From Parasitella parasitica NRRL 2501 (Eukaryota; Fungi; Mucoromycota), in contig MU619379.1 of assembly GCA_025201805.1 (NCBI GenBank), positions 40,731 through 78,935 of the forward strand: DNA of 38,205 nucleotides. The letters run 5' to 3'. Every line of letters starts with the position of its first letter. Positions within the stretch are counted from its first letter, which is position 1. A program made the position numbers and the translations under genes. Shown here one piece after another: positions 15,030 to 27,461 of this stretch. A model generated the notes under the pieces. The model saw nothing but the letters and a program-made list of their open reading frames with translations, was not told the DNA's origin and did not search any database.

Positions 15030-16351
15030 ATGTCTTTTAGAAGCGTCCTGAGCAGAATACCTATTACTAAAAGAATCAAATATTCGAATGTTCGAGCAGT
15101 AAAGCTGCCGTCTGCAGCACAGCGCACTTTTGCTACTGCAAACCGTCGCACTACGGCATCATCTACACCTCGGCATGAACAACCACGCCGCCCCTTTCAT
15201 ATTCCTCCTTTACCTGTTGTCTTGATCAGCGCTGGTTTCATATGTCTCGGCATTGGCCTATACGAATATTTTACATCGGATATCCAGAAATTCCCTGTTC
15301 CTGTCCGCCAAGCCCTTCGGAAAGCCCTCTACTACCAGCAAGACAAAGATTTGACCCTGGCACTTAAATACTTTAACGAAGCTCTGCAATTAGCCTTGCA
15401 ATCTGATGAATTGGAGAAAAATGGTGCGCCTCTTACGGGTATTATGATCCAATTGGGTAGTCTACAGGAACGCATGGACCGTTTACCTGATGCCAGACAA
15501 TCATTGATTTTGGCTCTACGTCATTTGTTGGGTTTGCATGATTCTGCCAGCGTTGATGTGTCGAGTAAGGATCTCTCTCAGCTGAGTCCTGTGGATCAAA
15601 GAAAAGCTGTAGGTATAGCGCAGAAATTAGGCGATATAGCTTGTTCCATGAAGCGGTATGACGAAGCCGAAAAGTGGTACGTCTGGTCTGTAGAGCACTT
15701 GCTTAAATCCTCGTCAAAGCCCAAGTCAGCGTACGGCGATTCGGATGAATTGATCTTTGAGCAAGAGCATATGCCAGATTGGTTAACCAAGACAGATATT
15801 GGAGCTGCATTGGAAGCATTGGGTGGACTTTATGCGACAAGGAAAAAGCCAGAGTACGTTCCATATTGAATATTTAATGTAAACCCTCATTCTCAATTTA
15901 ATGCAGACTGGCAATTCACCTTTACTTGAGAGCATTGGAGTTAAATGGGATGCAATCGTGCCAATCTGCTGTTTTAATGAACAATCTAGCAGAGTCGTAT
16001 ACTAGTATGGGACACTTTGATGAAGCCAAGCTTTGGGGTCAACGAGGTTTAGATTTAGCACAAAACCCAAACACTGGCCAAGTAAATAAGGATGGGGAGA
16101 TATGCAATGAAGCCTGTGGTGTACTGCTATTCAACATGGGCATGCTGTTCGAGGCAAGTTTCGTGCGACAATCTAATATAACACGTCCATGCTAACAGTT
16201 TTGAATACAGCAAACTAAAGACAAATCAAAAGCACGCCAGTTTTACTCCAGTGCCAAACAACATGGGCGCGATTTCAAACAGCCACAATGCATCAAAGAA
16301 GCTGATAGAGCATTAAAGCGCATAGAATTCGAGCAGATTCGAGATGCGTAA
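15030..16351 (+). CDS. Mitochondrial inner-membrane TPR protein (Mgr3/TTC19-like), 2 introns
   Basis: Arg/Ser-rich presequence, single TM (VVLISAGFICLGIGLY), FPVPVRQALRKALYY motif seen in Mgr3-like proteins, TPR helices, CQSAVLMNNLA; second intron GC-AG; ends EQIRDA*. Confidence 0.7.
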
Positions 16352-17026
16352 AATTGGAATGTATTTTCTTCTAGCCAGCCAAATCGTCACATTTTTTTTC
16401 CCAAGGAATAAACCATCCTTCGTTTAAATCTATACAATAAACTGGGGATCAAAGATTTCGAAATCAAAGCGATACTTTTATTCATCGGGATAGGGAAATC
16501 AATGTACCTTTCGTCGTCTCCCCTGAATTCAGTCATATTGAGTCTTGACATGGCTAATGCCAGTTACTAAATTTTGCAAGTTGGTTGAGCCGATAAATGC
16601 CGTTTAGCATTTGGAATCTTATAAATATAAACTTGAAAACCTACACATATTTTGCGTCTTTATCGACTGATTAGATTGTTTCATATAACTATGAACTTTG
16701 AGCTGGGGAAATTTGAAGCACACTTGCAGCATCCTTTGCTGAGACACCCTCTTCCTTGGTCTGGTCAATTGTGTCAGGTAGTCATTTTAGCTTTCATCTC
16801 CAGCGTCGCACACATTGTCAAATGCGTAAATCTCTTTTTTATCCGTTATCATATTGTGGATTCACCCAAAAGTTATTGTGGTATACAACAGGTTTATGAA
16901 TTGATTTATTTTATTATTAATACATTATCATTGTTATCATTATTATTATCATAGTAGAAAGAAAGGAAAAGAAGAAGGCTGAAAGTTGAAACAAAGGGGG
17001 AAGGGGGAAGGGGGAAAGGAATAAAC

Positions 17027-19287
17027 TTATGGACAGTTGTCAGCAAGTTGTTCAATGCAAGTGGCGACAACGACATTAGGCGTGACATTAGCAATTTTTA
17101 AAACAGCTTGAAGGATAGCAGCAATACCTTGGCCAGCAATTAAACCACCAGCAGCACTGAACATAAGATTATCATAGGCAGCAGGGTTGACCTTCTCCCA
17201 GATTTTACCACCAGCCCAACCAAGGAACATAGAGAAGGGAACTTCGGGCTGAGGGTTAATCATAGCAATACCAATAGCAGAAACGGATGGGAAGTATCTA
17301 TGGTACTTTTGGGGGAGGAAGAAGTGACGGCAAACAGGAAGTACAACGGCAGCAACAGCGCAAACGGCAGTACAGATGATGGAACCTCTGCTCAGGGGCT
17401 CACCACCACCAGTCAAAAGGAGCGTAACATTCTTCCAGGCAGTGACAGCAACTAATCCAAAGACGCAATCTTGAGCTTCAATTGCAGGATCAATGATGCA
17501 AGGATAGGCATCAGCGAAAAGAATAAAGAGGCCGACAGCTACGCCAATTGCAAAGAAGGAGGCGACGAATTGGGCCAGGAATTGAGAGCGAGGAGACGCA
17601 CCGACCAACTGACCAGTCTTTAAATCGCCAACCATGTCAACAGCTTGAGAAGCAGCAGAAGCGGAGATGTTACCAGCCATCAAGTTGTTCTTCATAACAT
17701 GAGTGATGTCGCTGGCAGGCATTTTGGCAAAGACAAGTTGAGACATTTTACCAATGGAACCGACAGGGTTGATATCCGTTTCACCAGAGGCTTGAATACC
17801 GACAAAAGAAAGCAAAAAGCCAAGGATCACAGCAATTAGACTCTGATACACAGGCATTCCAAAGTACTCGCCCATGATAGCGCAAGTAAAGATGATTGAG
17901 AGGAACGTGCCGGAAACCCACCACCAAGCAGGGACCAACTGGTCCTCACGAAAGATTTCATTTTCATCTTTGGTAGAGTTGTAGCGGTTATTTTGTTCAT
18001 CAGTCAAAGTGCTGCGAAGGACGATGCGGCGGAAAAAGTTGGTACCACGCATAACTGCAAGCTTTAGTTCTATGCAACCGCCCTTGACACCACGCCAGAG
18101 ACTGTCGTAATGAACAAAGAGTTCGGTAAAAGCAGAAAGCGCCATAAGAGCAATGCCGGGCCACAAGAAGAAACGGTTGGTAGTGTCACCCTTATCGTTA
18201 AAACCGTAAGCAGCAACAAAGGTACCGTTGCTGACAGAAACAGGGCCAATGATTCCGTAAATGACGATTGAAGAAATGAAGAATGAAAGGACAGTGGAGC
18301 CAGGGGTCATCAGACCAGCACCAAAGAAGGGAAAATCAAACTTGAAGAACCAGCCCCAAACAGCATCAGCATTTGCAAGAGGAGAATAGCCAGCAGCATT
18401 ACCGATGTAATAAAGAATATGAACTGTAATTAAAAGTAGAAGCCGTATCGCAACTGTCAATGGTCTGTGCGTCTTTTGTATAACCATAAAAGAAAAGTTT
18501 ATACTTACGTGTGTCCAAGAAGGGGAGCCAGTAAGCGGCAAAAGTCCAGAAGAAACAAATAGCAAACCAAATAGCCATCCATTTGGCCTTTTTCATTGCG
18601 TTCTTTTCGCCTTCAACAGTGTCGTGAAGAGACAGAATAGTGATGGCAGCGGCACGAGGAGTAGGAAAAGTCAAATCTTGCTTGACAACAAAGTGGGAAC
18701 GAAGAGGAACTGCAAAGCAGAGGCCGTAGAAGGCACAACTGATGGTAAACAGCAGCAATGCAACGGCATCCTCACGAGGAGTTGTCATAAGGCCAAGCTT
18801 ATACATGGCAGGAATGCCAGAAACAAAACCAGCAGAAAGGCCGCCAGCGGTAGTTGCAGCTGATTGAGCCGAACAGTTTTCCTTTGGGCCAAAGTATCCA
18901 CCGCCCCATTTTGGAGGCAGCGCTCTGGACATGGGCTTAAGAATAGCAAATGAGAAGATGGCGCCAAAGAGCGAGGCACCAAAAGTCCATCCAATCTTCA
19001 AGCCGAGATATGTGTTGGAAGCAGCTGTTTACAGCGTTGTTAGCCAAGTTTGCTGTTAGTGAACCCAGATATAACTTACCAACTAGACATCCAAGTAATG
19101 AGCCAACAATAGCTGAACGCCAGGTGAAATGAAATTCCTCCAAATGCCTATTTAAAGGTATTTGACCATCAACAACAACTTGACTGTTATTATCTCCTTC
19201 AACAATGATTTCTTTCTTCTCATCTCTGTATGAGGATGTAGGAGAATCCAATTCGTATTTTTCATCAACGGCTGCAGGCGTTGCCAT
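17027..19287 (-). CDS. OPT-superfamily transporter (YSL-like clade), 2 introns
   Basis: FTWRSAIVGSLLG, YLGLKIGWTFGASLFGAI, FGPKENCSAQSAAT, LTFPTPRAAA, GETDINPVG, DLKTGQLVGASPRSQF; many TM helices; ATG at 19287. Confidence 0.92.
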
Positions 19288-21386
19288 TGTGTATGTGTTT
19301 GTAAGAAGAAGAAAATAAAATAAAAGAGTAAAGCAAAAAATAAAAGAAAATCCAATCAAGGGGGGGAAATGGATCCTTTTTTTTTATACTTGATTGATCT
19401 GTTGCAAAACAGCCAAACAAATTCATGTGATCCCTATTCCAATGATACATGCATGCAAATAGAACAAACTGAATCTTTCGCACGATTTAATGCCGTACAA
19501 CAATCGCGCGAACTTACTCAGATTAGGAAAGCTTGTTCAGACTTTCAACTTGACATCCTCCAGCTTTTATAGGAAATTCTTTCTTATTTTGGGTTTTTCG
19601 GATTGTACATGCATCATTTGCTCTTTTTCTCTCTATTGCTAATTTTAGGATAGCATCCAATCTTATAAATTTTTACTTTTCTATGAAATCGCAGATACAT
19701 TTGGCTTGTTTAGCTTGTTTGGCGGGAGGGATAGTTGGTTGGTATAATGAAAATCCATGTCTCCAGGTGGCTGGTCAAAAAGGGCAACATTTTACAAATA
19801 TGACAAGAAAGAAGAAGAAGAAGCTTTGTTGTTCGATTCGTTTCGGGAAACAAATCAATAGTGGTACCTCTTGATTTCTTCTCCTTCTTTTTCTTCTTTA
19901 GGTTCTTTCTGTTAAACATACAGTAGCTATCGCCGTACCGCAGGAATATTTTCATTAACTCTTATACAAACGCCTGCATAGTGAATATGTTAGCAGTTGG
20001 TTATTATTAACTGCATCAAAAACAGCGCATTTCTGATTACCAAGATTAATAGTGTACTGACAAATATTTTGTGATACAATGTGTATCTCTGATCCGGTAA
20101 GTAGAAATCTGATCTGCTATCTGATTGGAAAGCTCAATGTAGTACCAGTAACCTAGTTTCTTTATCATATCCACACTGTGTAAAAGAAAACAAAAATACA
20201 GCCTACATCTAACAGGCAATTATATTACAATCTACTTGCAACTATAGCTATCACAGCACTACTATTGTAACTAGTGATTGAGCAATATCATTGTTAAAGA
20301 TTCTGTGAAACATTATTGTCAACTGATTCGCACATACAGATTGCCTTTTTAGCCAATTCATGTTACTGGCATGCTATACCGTACATATATATATTTAAAA
20401 GGGTTCTAGAGCTTACATGGCGATATATCAAACCCCAGGGAATCAGGTTCTTCCAGGTCAACTTCATCTTGGCTTTGTCACGGAACAGGCCGCCCTCCCT
20501 CAATAATACTCTATCGACGGGAATCAATTAGAAATCGAGTACAAAATTCAGGATTTATGTTATTTTGATAAGGGCCTGAAAAGCAAGAATATATAACGCA
20601 TTTCAAAATCTTTAATAGCCTTGGTAGTCATAACAACTTGATATCAAGAAATGACCTCCAGTATTAGGATTTGGTCTGTTATCTTGGCCTACGAATAGCT
20701 GTAATAGACAAAAGGTTTGGAAAGGAAGTTTTCGTATCCTAAATAATTGCCAGTATCAACATTATATGTAACAGTAATATATTACAATGTTTGACAAATC
20801 ATTTAAAAGTTGCGCTTATGGTCTTCTTTCACAATGCTCATGGTAACAGATTATTGAGCAACTTCATGTGTTCTGATCTTCTTTTTCTTACAGAGTTTTC
20901 TGCTGATTAATGAGTTCATCAGTGTCATAGCAGTAGCGCTTTGTCGTTCATATACATTTATAATCTATATTGTCAAGAGACTATAATCTTTTGTTTGTAT
21001 GCCATGAATTTTCAACCTGAGCTTTTTGTCGTTTTGCTTTTTTGTTTCATGCATATTATACATCGCATTATTATACCCATTATAAACTGCGTTCTCATTA
21101 TTGTTTATATGCTATCAACCAGCGTTTTCTTTTTTTATGATAAAGTACGGCAGACCTGTGAGAGGGGCCATGAACACATGTTGTTTGTTGTAGTCAAAGA
21201 AATATACTTGTCATATGTACCACGTCGTATGCATTGCATGGATATAAAAGTAAAATTATGATATAAAAGTCAAATTGTGGTGGGCATGCTGGGAGCCTCT
21301 TAAAAGTGATGCCACATTCAATAAACCAAATCAGATCGATGTAGATGGCTCGTTACACTATCTTTGCTCTGTTATAGTAATATGTA

Positions 21387-21534
21387 CAGTAAGGCTGGTA
21401 AATATTGACCGATTTAGAAATTTAATAATTTGGCAAAATGATAAATTATTTTTTGGTTTGCTGTACAGGGCCAACTATTTTTATATTATCACCATTTAAA
21501 TTTCTAAATCGGCCAATATTTACCAGCCTTACTG
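21387..21534. mobile_element. MITE, Tc1/mariner-pogo type (148 bp)
   Basis: TA|CAGTAAGGCTGGTAAATATTGACCGATTTAGAAATTTAA ... TTAAATTTCTAAATCGGCCAATATTTACCAGCCTTACTG|TA: ~38-bp TIR with one mismatch, CAGT ends, TA target-site duplication. Confidence 0.88.
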
Positions 21535-21747
21535 TATGTATCAGGCATGTAGAGAGGAGGCAATTTAAGACAGGCTTAGGAAAATCTGGTGGTCCCAGTT
21601 TTTTGCATATTTTATCAATGTGGTAAATTTAAACCATTTATTTTTATATATAGAATGTCTCTCTCGGCTTCAAGCCAAAAAAAAAATAAGGCTTTACTGA
21701 CAGGAGTAACCACATGAAGGTGGAGACAATTTTACTCCCAAAAAAAA

Positions 21748-22090
21748 AGTCCAGCAGCCATAAAGATGCGCGGAAAGAAGATGACACTACTTAGGCGACT
21801 TAGCTTTTAGTGACCACTAGAGAACCAAATGCCATAAAGATGCGCGAAAAGAAGATGACACTACTTAGGCGACCTAGCTTTTAGTGGCAAATGGTTGAGA
21901 AAAAAAGTAGAGGATTAAGCTTAAAAGAATGGAAGTCCAGCAGCCATAAAGATGCGCGGAAAGAAGATGACACTACTTAGGCGACTTAGCTTTTAGTGAC
22001 CGCTAGAGAACCAAATGCCATAAAGATGCACGTAAAGAAGATGACACTACTTAGGCGACTTAGCTTTTAGTGACAAATGGTTGAGAAAAA
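21748..22090 (+). repeat. Higher-order minisatellite: four ~58-bp cores arranged as two 186-bp units
   Basis: Core GCCATAAAGATGCGCGGAAAGAAGATGACACTACTTAGGCGACTTAGCTTTTAGTGAC starts at 21757, 21831, 21943 and 22017 (spacings 74/112/74). Confidence 0.93.
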
Positions 22091-22121
22091 TAAAGAAGGA
22101 AAAGATAATAAAAGACGCGCG

Positions 22122-22162
22122 TTAAAATTATAGATCGGCCAATATTTACCAGTCTCACTGTA
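22122..22162. mobile_element. Second, diverged right-hand TIR of the same MITE family
   Basis: TTAAAATTATAGATCGGCCAATATTTACCAGTCTCACTG|TA matches the right TIR at ~21497-21534 and also ends ACTG-TA. Confidence 0.75.
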
Positions 22163-23061
22163 CCATACAAATCACACCATAAAGTAAATCAGGAAACTAG
22201 TTCAAATAAAGCAAATCATTCTTAATATGCTTGATTAAGAGTTATGCAGACGAGCCTTATTTCAAGTTGTCTATATTGTTTAAGGATGTGTGAGACTTGT
22301 GTATAGTGATATGTGCTTGTACATATGTGTTTGTAATTGTTATAACCAAATATTTCCTACCTTAATAAAATGTGTATACCGTATATCCTACAACTTGCTA
22401 TACATGAGTCTTAGAGTTATGCATATGTTTGCTAGTAGCGTTGGATTCAAATCGAATAAAAGTATTGAGTAAAATTGTACCAAATACATCAGTGCAGTGC
22501 TTGCTGTTTTATTGATCTTTGGAAACCTTATAGGCCCATGTATGCGTATTACACGCGGATCACATCATGGCTGACTGATGGTATTCTTGATTATTTGTAT
22601 GATACATGTCAATATAGAATCAGATCAGATTATGGCTTAATAGACTGCTCCACAGACAGAAGGCTCTGATAAAAAGCTATAAATCAATACTGCATTTGAA
22701 ACATTAAGGGATAACAAGAAAGTTCACTTGTATAACTATCTACGGGGTTATCCTGCGCTGAAATCTGTTCTTGGAGAGCCATTATTGTAGGCTTTAGAGG
22801 ATGAAATTTGCGTCAATTAAGACACTTGACCTCTTTTTGTTTCCTCGTGTGCGCTGTAGTGGGCGTTGATAAAGACATAGAGCCCATTCTTCTAAGCAGA
22901 TGTTCCTGAGAGCTTCCACAGATGAGGAGAGGTGCACTGCTTGGACAACAAATTGATTGGACGACGTGGCAATTAACAACCAGTCCTGCTTGTGATAGTG
23001 GAGGTCTACAACATCGCGTGCATTGCACAAACTGTTTTCTCCACCAACCTTTGAATCGCCA

Positions 23062-23804
23062 ATGTTGCAAACAGGTAAAGATAAAGCAATCTGTTAATGC
23101 AGCATTGAAGGTAGTAATCATCTACAACATAGAAACTACAAACGAACCTGTACAAGTATCTAATAAATACGATGGTACTCAAATTAAGAACGCAGTCGAC
23201 GATGAAATTTCTCGAGTAAAAAAAAAAAAAGTCGATTATACGCATATGCGTACAGAATGCTAACATTGTATCTAGTTTTTTTCAAAGGAACAAAACTTCA
23301 GCCAGTCCCATATTCATACAGACATCAAGTTGTTATTGGGATACGTGTCATGCTTTATAGCAGGCGGATCATTTCTATACGAATACAAAACTAGTTTTTA
23401 CGATGCTCTTACTGTGACCACAGCCTGTGTCATCGTTTATTGGACTATCCAGTCCATCTCTCTCGCATATGGCTATCTTGTCGAGAAAGACGAGCTTTTT
23501 GCTGGCACCAAAAAAGTAGACGGAAAGGTATGTTCGATTTAGCAAAGTCCAGAGAGAGGAGCTGATCCTTTGAAATTAGGGCACTTCGACATTGAAGGTC
23601 TCTGGAAAGATCGATAAGCACTCGCCTAAATACCAACTCTGCTTCAACTATACTGACATTCGCGCTGGAAAGACAGTTTCGTATAAAGTCGAACCCAACG
23701 TTACTGCGTGGTTCGACACTAAAGGTGTCCTTGTTCAACAGGCTATGGACTCGGATCTGAGTACTTATTTATCAACACTCGTACAAAAATTACATCAAGA
23801 ATAA
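23062..23804 (+). CDS. SPC2: Signal peptidase complex subunit 2 (SPC25/SPCS2), 3 introns
   Basis: MLQT|ETTNEPVQVSNKYDGTQIKNAVDDEISR|FF...HTDIKLLLGYVSCFIA..., two TMs, C-terminal VTAWFDTKGVLV; all introns GT-AG. Confidence 0.88.
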
Positions 23805-23866
23805 AAAAAAATTTATTATAACTATGATTATGATTATGAACATTTGGATGCGTATATTTGCATGAC

Positions 23867-25270
23867 TTATCGCATAGTAACTAATTCTTCCGCAGAAGTA
23901 GGGTGGATAGCAACGCAGTTGTCAAAGTCTGCTTTTGTAGCGCCCATGCGGATAGCAACGCCAAAACCTTGCATGATTTCATCGCTGTTTCTGCCGATGA
24001 TGTGAAGTCCAACAACCTTTTCCTCGGGGCCGCTGACCACAATCTTGTAGGCAGTGGGCTCCTTTTCGTCGAGTACGCTAAAGTACATGTTTCCAAATCT
24101 ACTTTGATATACCTTGATATTGGCATCGCCATATTTAGCACGCGCCTCCTCCTCAGTATATCCAATCGTGCCAGAGGTAGGATGCGAAAACACGACAGTG
24201 GGGATGTTTATATAATCAAGTTTAGATTGAGCAAACTGCTCGCCACCAAAAAGACGGTCGCTCAGCTTACGAGCAGCAGCAATTGCAACAGGAGTCAATT
24301 CAGCCTTGCCGACAACATCACCAAGGGCATAGACGTTGGGGGTTGTCGTGTTTTGGAGTTCGTCTACGACAATTTGGTGTCTCTCGTTAATCTTGACGCC
24401 AGCAGCAGCGACATTCAGACCCTCCGTGTTGGACGCCCGACCAACTGCCCAGAGAACAGTGTCAACCTCAAGCTCGCCTTTCTGGCCATTAGATTCGTAT
24501 TCAACAACGACGCCAGTGTCCACCTTTCTCAAGGCGGTAACCTTGGAATCAAACGTGAATTTAACGCCAGTCTTTTGCATCTGCTCCAGCAATGTGTCCT
24601 TGATAATGCTGTCAAACTTTCGCAGGATCTGCTTCGTACGGGAAAAGATGGTGACATCTGTGCCCAACGCATGAAAGATACCAGCAAGTTCAACGCCAAT
24701 GTAACCAGTGCCAACCACAGCTACACGTTTGGGTTGCGATTCCAGCTTGAAGAAACCATCAGATGTAATACCGTGTTCAGCACCGGAAACCTTGGGAATG
24801 ATAGCATGGCTACCAGTAGCGATAAGGATATTTTTACCTTTGATTTCAATAGAGTCTGCGCCTTCGTTTGTGATGGAGATCGTCGAGGCATTGACAAAAC
24901 TAGCATGGCCGTGGAATCGCTTAACTTTTTCCCGCTCAGCATTGTCTTTGTAAATGCCATTCAAACGCTTGACAAAGGCATCTCGCTTTTCTTTAATGAC
25001 AGACCAGTCAAACTTGACCTGACCAAACTCGTAGCCGTAGCCCTTGGCTTGACGCAATGTCTCAAAGACAGAGGCCGTGTTCCACATAACCTTTTTGGGG
25101 ACACAGCCTACATTTACACAAGTGCCACCCAAGACGCTGTGGGCTTCAATCAAAGCTACCGTCGCGCCATGAACTCCAGCAGCACGCCTTGCGCCGGCCA
25201 TGCCACCAGATCCACCACCAATAACAATGTAATCGTAAACTTGGGTGGAATCTTTTGTTGTAGGAGGCAT
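23867..25270 (-). CDS. glrA: Glutathione reductase (467 aa, intronless)
   Basis: [67 protein letters not shown]. Likely start MPPTTK at 25270. Confidence 0.97.
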   Translation of the reverse strand: MPPTTKDSTQVYDYIVIGGGSGGMAGARRAAGVHGATVALIEAHSVLGGTCVNVGCVPKKVMWNTASVFETLRQAKGYGYEFGQVKFDWSVIKEKRDAFVKRLNGIYKDNAEREKVKRFHGHASFVNASTISITNEGADSIEIKGKNILIATGSHAIIPKVSGAEHGITSDGFFKLESQPKRVAVVGTGYIGVELAGIFHALGTDVTIFSRTKQILRKFDSIIKDTLLEQMQKTGVKFTFDSKVTALRKVDTGVVVEYESNGQKGELEVDTVLWAVGRASNTEGLNVAAAGVKINERHQIVVDELQNTTTPNVYALGDVVGKAELTPVAIAAARKLSDRLFGGEQFAQSKLDYINIPTVVFSHPTSGTIGYTEEEARAKYGDANIKVYQSRFGNMYFSVLDEKEPTAYKIVVSGPEEKVVGLHIIGRNSDEIMQGFGVAIRMGATKADFDNCVAIHPTSAEELVTMR

Positions 25271-25593
25271 TTTTAAACAGTTGTGGATATGCAAAAGTCT
25301 ATTGCTGGTAATTTCTATAAGGGGGGTTTTTTTTTTGAGAAAAATAAAAGAATAAACCAAAAAAAAAAGAGTTAGATGTTTGTTTAAATAACAATCATTT
25401 TGCATTGTTTATTTATTGTGACACAGATTTTGTATAATGCTGCGCTATTGCATTACCAACCATCGTAGCTATTGGACATTTATCGAATCTGAATCGAGCT
25501 TGTGTGTGGAGGAGAGAAAAAGAGAAACATGGCGCCACCAATATTCGAATATTGCTTTTATCCTTGTCGTCAGTAGCTTTTACCCAATTAAAA

Positions 25594-26734
25594 TCATGCC
25601 TTGGCTTCGCAGTTGATGAATCCACCCTCTCTTTCGATGGCATTGAATCTAATGTCAATGATATGTTGACCTTGATCAGTCTCTAAACCGCCGGTAACTA
25701 CATCGCCCGCTTGAATAGCACTAACGCCTTTAGGTGTTCCTGTCAATATAACGTCGCCGACCTGCAGTTTCATGATGGACGATACATGCGCAATTAGCGT
25801 AGGGATACTTTTGGGGGCAAATCGGTCAATAGTGCATTTACGTCAAGGGTTTGTTTTTCTTGGTTTCTCTTTACCTGAATATCATGTCCTTTGTATTTCC
25901 ATTTTGGCAATACTCTCCATTCACCTGTCTAATGTCAGAGCGCATTTACTACTCATGATCCCATTACTTGTCATTACCTTTATCCAAAGATTCACGTTCG
26001 CTGGGTCAGCAATGCGTTCTTTTGGAATGAAATCACTACGTGATTTGCAAAACACACATCATTTGAAACCTGTAGCTCTTTTCGAATAATATAGGGGTTT
26101 TACCTTATGGGTGTAAATGTGTCAAACCCTTTTGAGGTAGACCAAGGTAGTCCTTTCTTCTTGGCAGCCAACTAGCACATGCATCTTGGATAGGTTAATA
26201 CGTTCACCATAATAATAAACCGTATGAAAATTACCTGAAGATCTCTAGCCGTTAGATCGATAGCCAGTGCATACCCTAACAAAATAGGTTATTTATGCGC
26301 TGCCCTTTTGTGTGCATGCATATATATATCCTTCAGTCCTTACCAGCAATATAATCACCAGCCTCTGCTGCCGAGATATCTCTACCATCCTTACCAATAA
26401 CCACAGCCAATTCAACTTGAAAGAACTCATGAACACTCTCGCCACAATAAAATAAAGACGCCTCTATTTTACTTACTTTCGTGATGAACTTCACACCCTT
26501 GCGGAAGCTCGATATCACCGCCATTTTCTAGATATGAACTTGTAGGCTTCAAGAAAAAGAAGGGAGTTTCAGGCACGGCGTTATTCAATTCTCTGGCATG
26601 CTCGCTATGTATAAAGGCACAGCTTTAGACTTTCATGTACTGTCTGCGTCTTTCTTGGCTACAAACCTATAGTTTCGCCCAATGGCTACAATCTTGCGTC
26701 CTGTTGTCAAAAATGTTTCGGCCATAATCGACAT
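25594..26734 (-). CDS. FAHD1: Fumarylacetoacetate hydrolase domain protein (FAHD1/acylpyruvase-like), 7 introns
   Basis: Spliced GRKIVAIGRNYSEHAREL, PFFFLKPTSS, VHHEIELAVVIGK, YALAIDLTARDLQ, GLPWSTSKGFDTFTPIS, GDVILTGTPKGV. Start at 26734 or 26725. Confidence 0.92.
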
Positions 26735-27461
26735 GAAAAAAATAATAAAAAAGAGGGAAACTCGATTTGACAAATTAGACTATTTTATACACAAGCAGAC
26801 CCCATCTTGGATCAAAATAGAAAATTTTAAGATTGGATGAGAATTTCCCTTTGGTCAGCATCCAAACTCAATCTACTCTTTCACTGTTATGTAACCAAAC
26901 AATGCAAAATAATGCTCGCCTGCTTGCTGTACGTTACATAACAGCTGCAGTAGTTGACAATTCGACCTCATTCCCGCCAATCCTTTGGAAATCATGGAAT
27001 TTTTGCGCAATTATTCTTGAAATCAAGGATAGCTTGTCCCAGGAGAGCCGAATTTTGTGATACTGTATACTAGGCGCAAATCTATTGAATTGCCAGCGTC
27101 TGGCGAAATCGGCATAGACGATGTCTCTATGATCATCAAATGAACTTGTGTACCGTGATAAAAGTAGCCCCTTTATTTCAAATCTGTGCATGTGTCAAAA
27201 ACGAACGAAAGAAACCAAGTCATGGTGACATATTGTTCTCTTTCATGTCAAATTAGGTAGTTTAACAATAACAAAAGCAGTAGAACTTCTCACACGTCGA
27301 GTAGAAAAGAAAAGCTTTTCTTGCAAAGCATGCGCTTGTCTTTTCCCCCCTTGAATACTTGCTTTTTTTTTGTTACAATCCACCGTAAAGCCATTGTGAA
27401 TTGAGCAACCCCTTTTTCCGATAGATTTTTTTTCTCTTGTTGTTGCTGTAAACCTTTTAGC

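Noticed and set aside
19300-21380. Short ORFs or ncRNA upstream of OPT
   Set aside because: No recognisable protein motif, tRNA or snoRNA structure by eye; a covariance-model search would be needed.
21757-22075. CRISPR-like repeat/spacer pattern
   Set aside because: Spacers repeat (x,y,x,y), cores are ~58 bp, there are no cas genes and the context is eukaryotic; this is a higher-order tandem repeat.
14318-25270. Glutathione/redox gene cluster (Rdx, OPT, glrA)
   Set aside because: The genes are interspersed with unrelated ones, and the OPT looks YSL-clade rather than Hgt1-type; no shared regulatory motif was seen.
23903-25276. 457-aa antisense ORF over glutathione reductase
   Set aside because: It mirrors the sense gene codon-for-codon and has no recognisable motifs; codon bias explains the lack of antisense stops.
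25271-25405. 45-aa N-terminal extension of glutathione reductase as a targeting peptide
   Set aside because: It runs through homopolymeric A/T promoter-like sequence and does not look like an amphipathic Arg-rich presequence; not excluded without TSS data.
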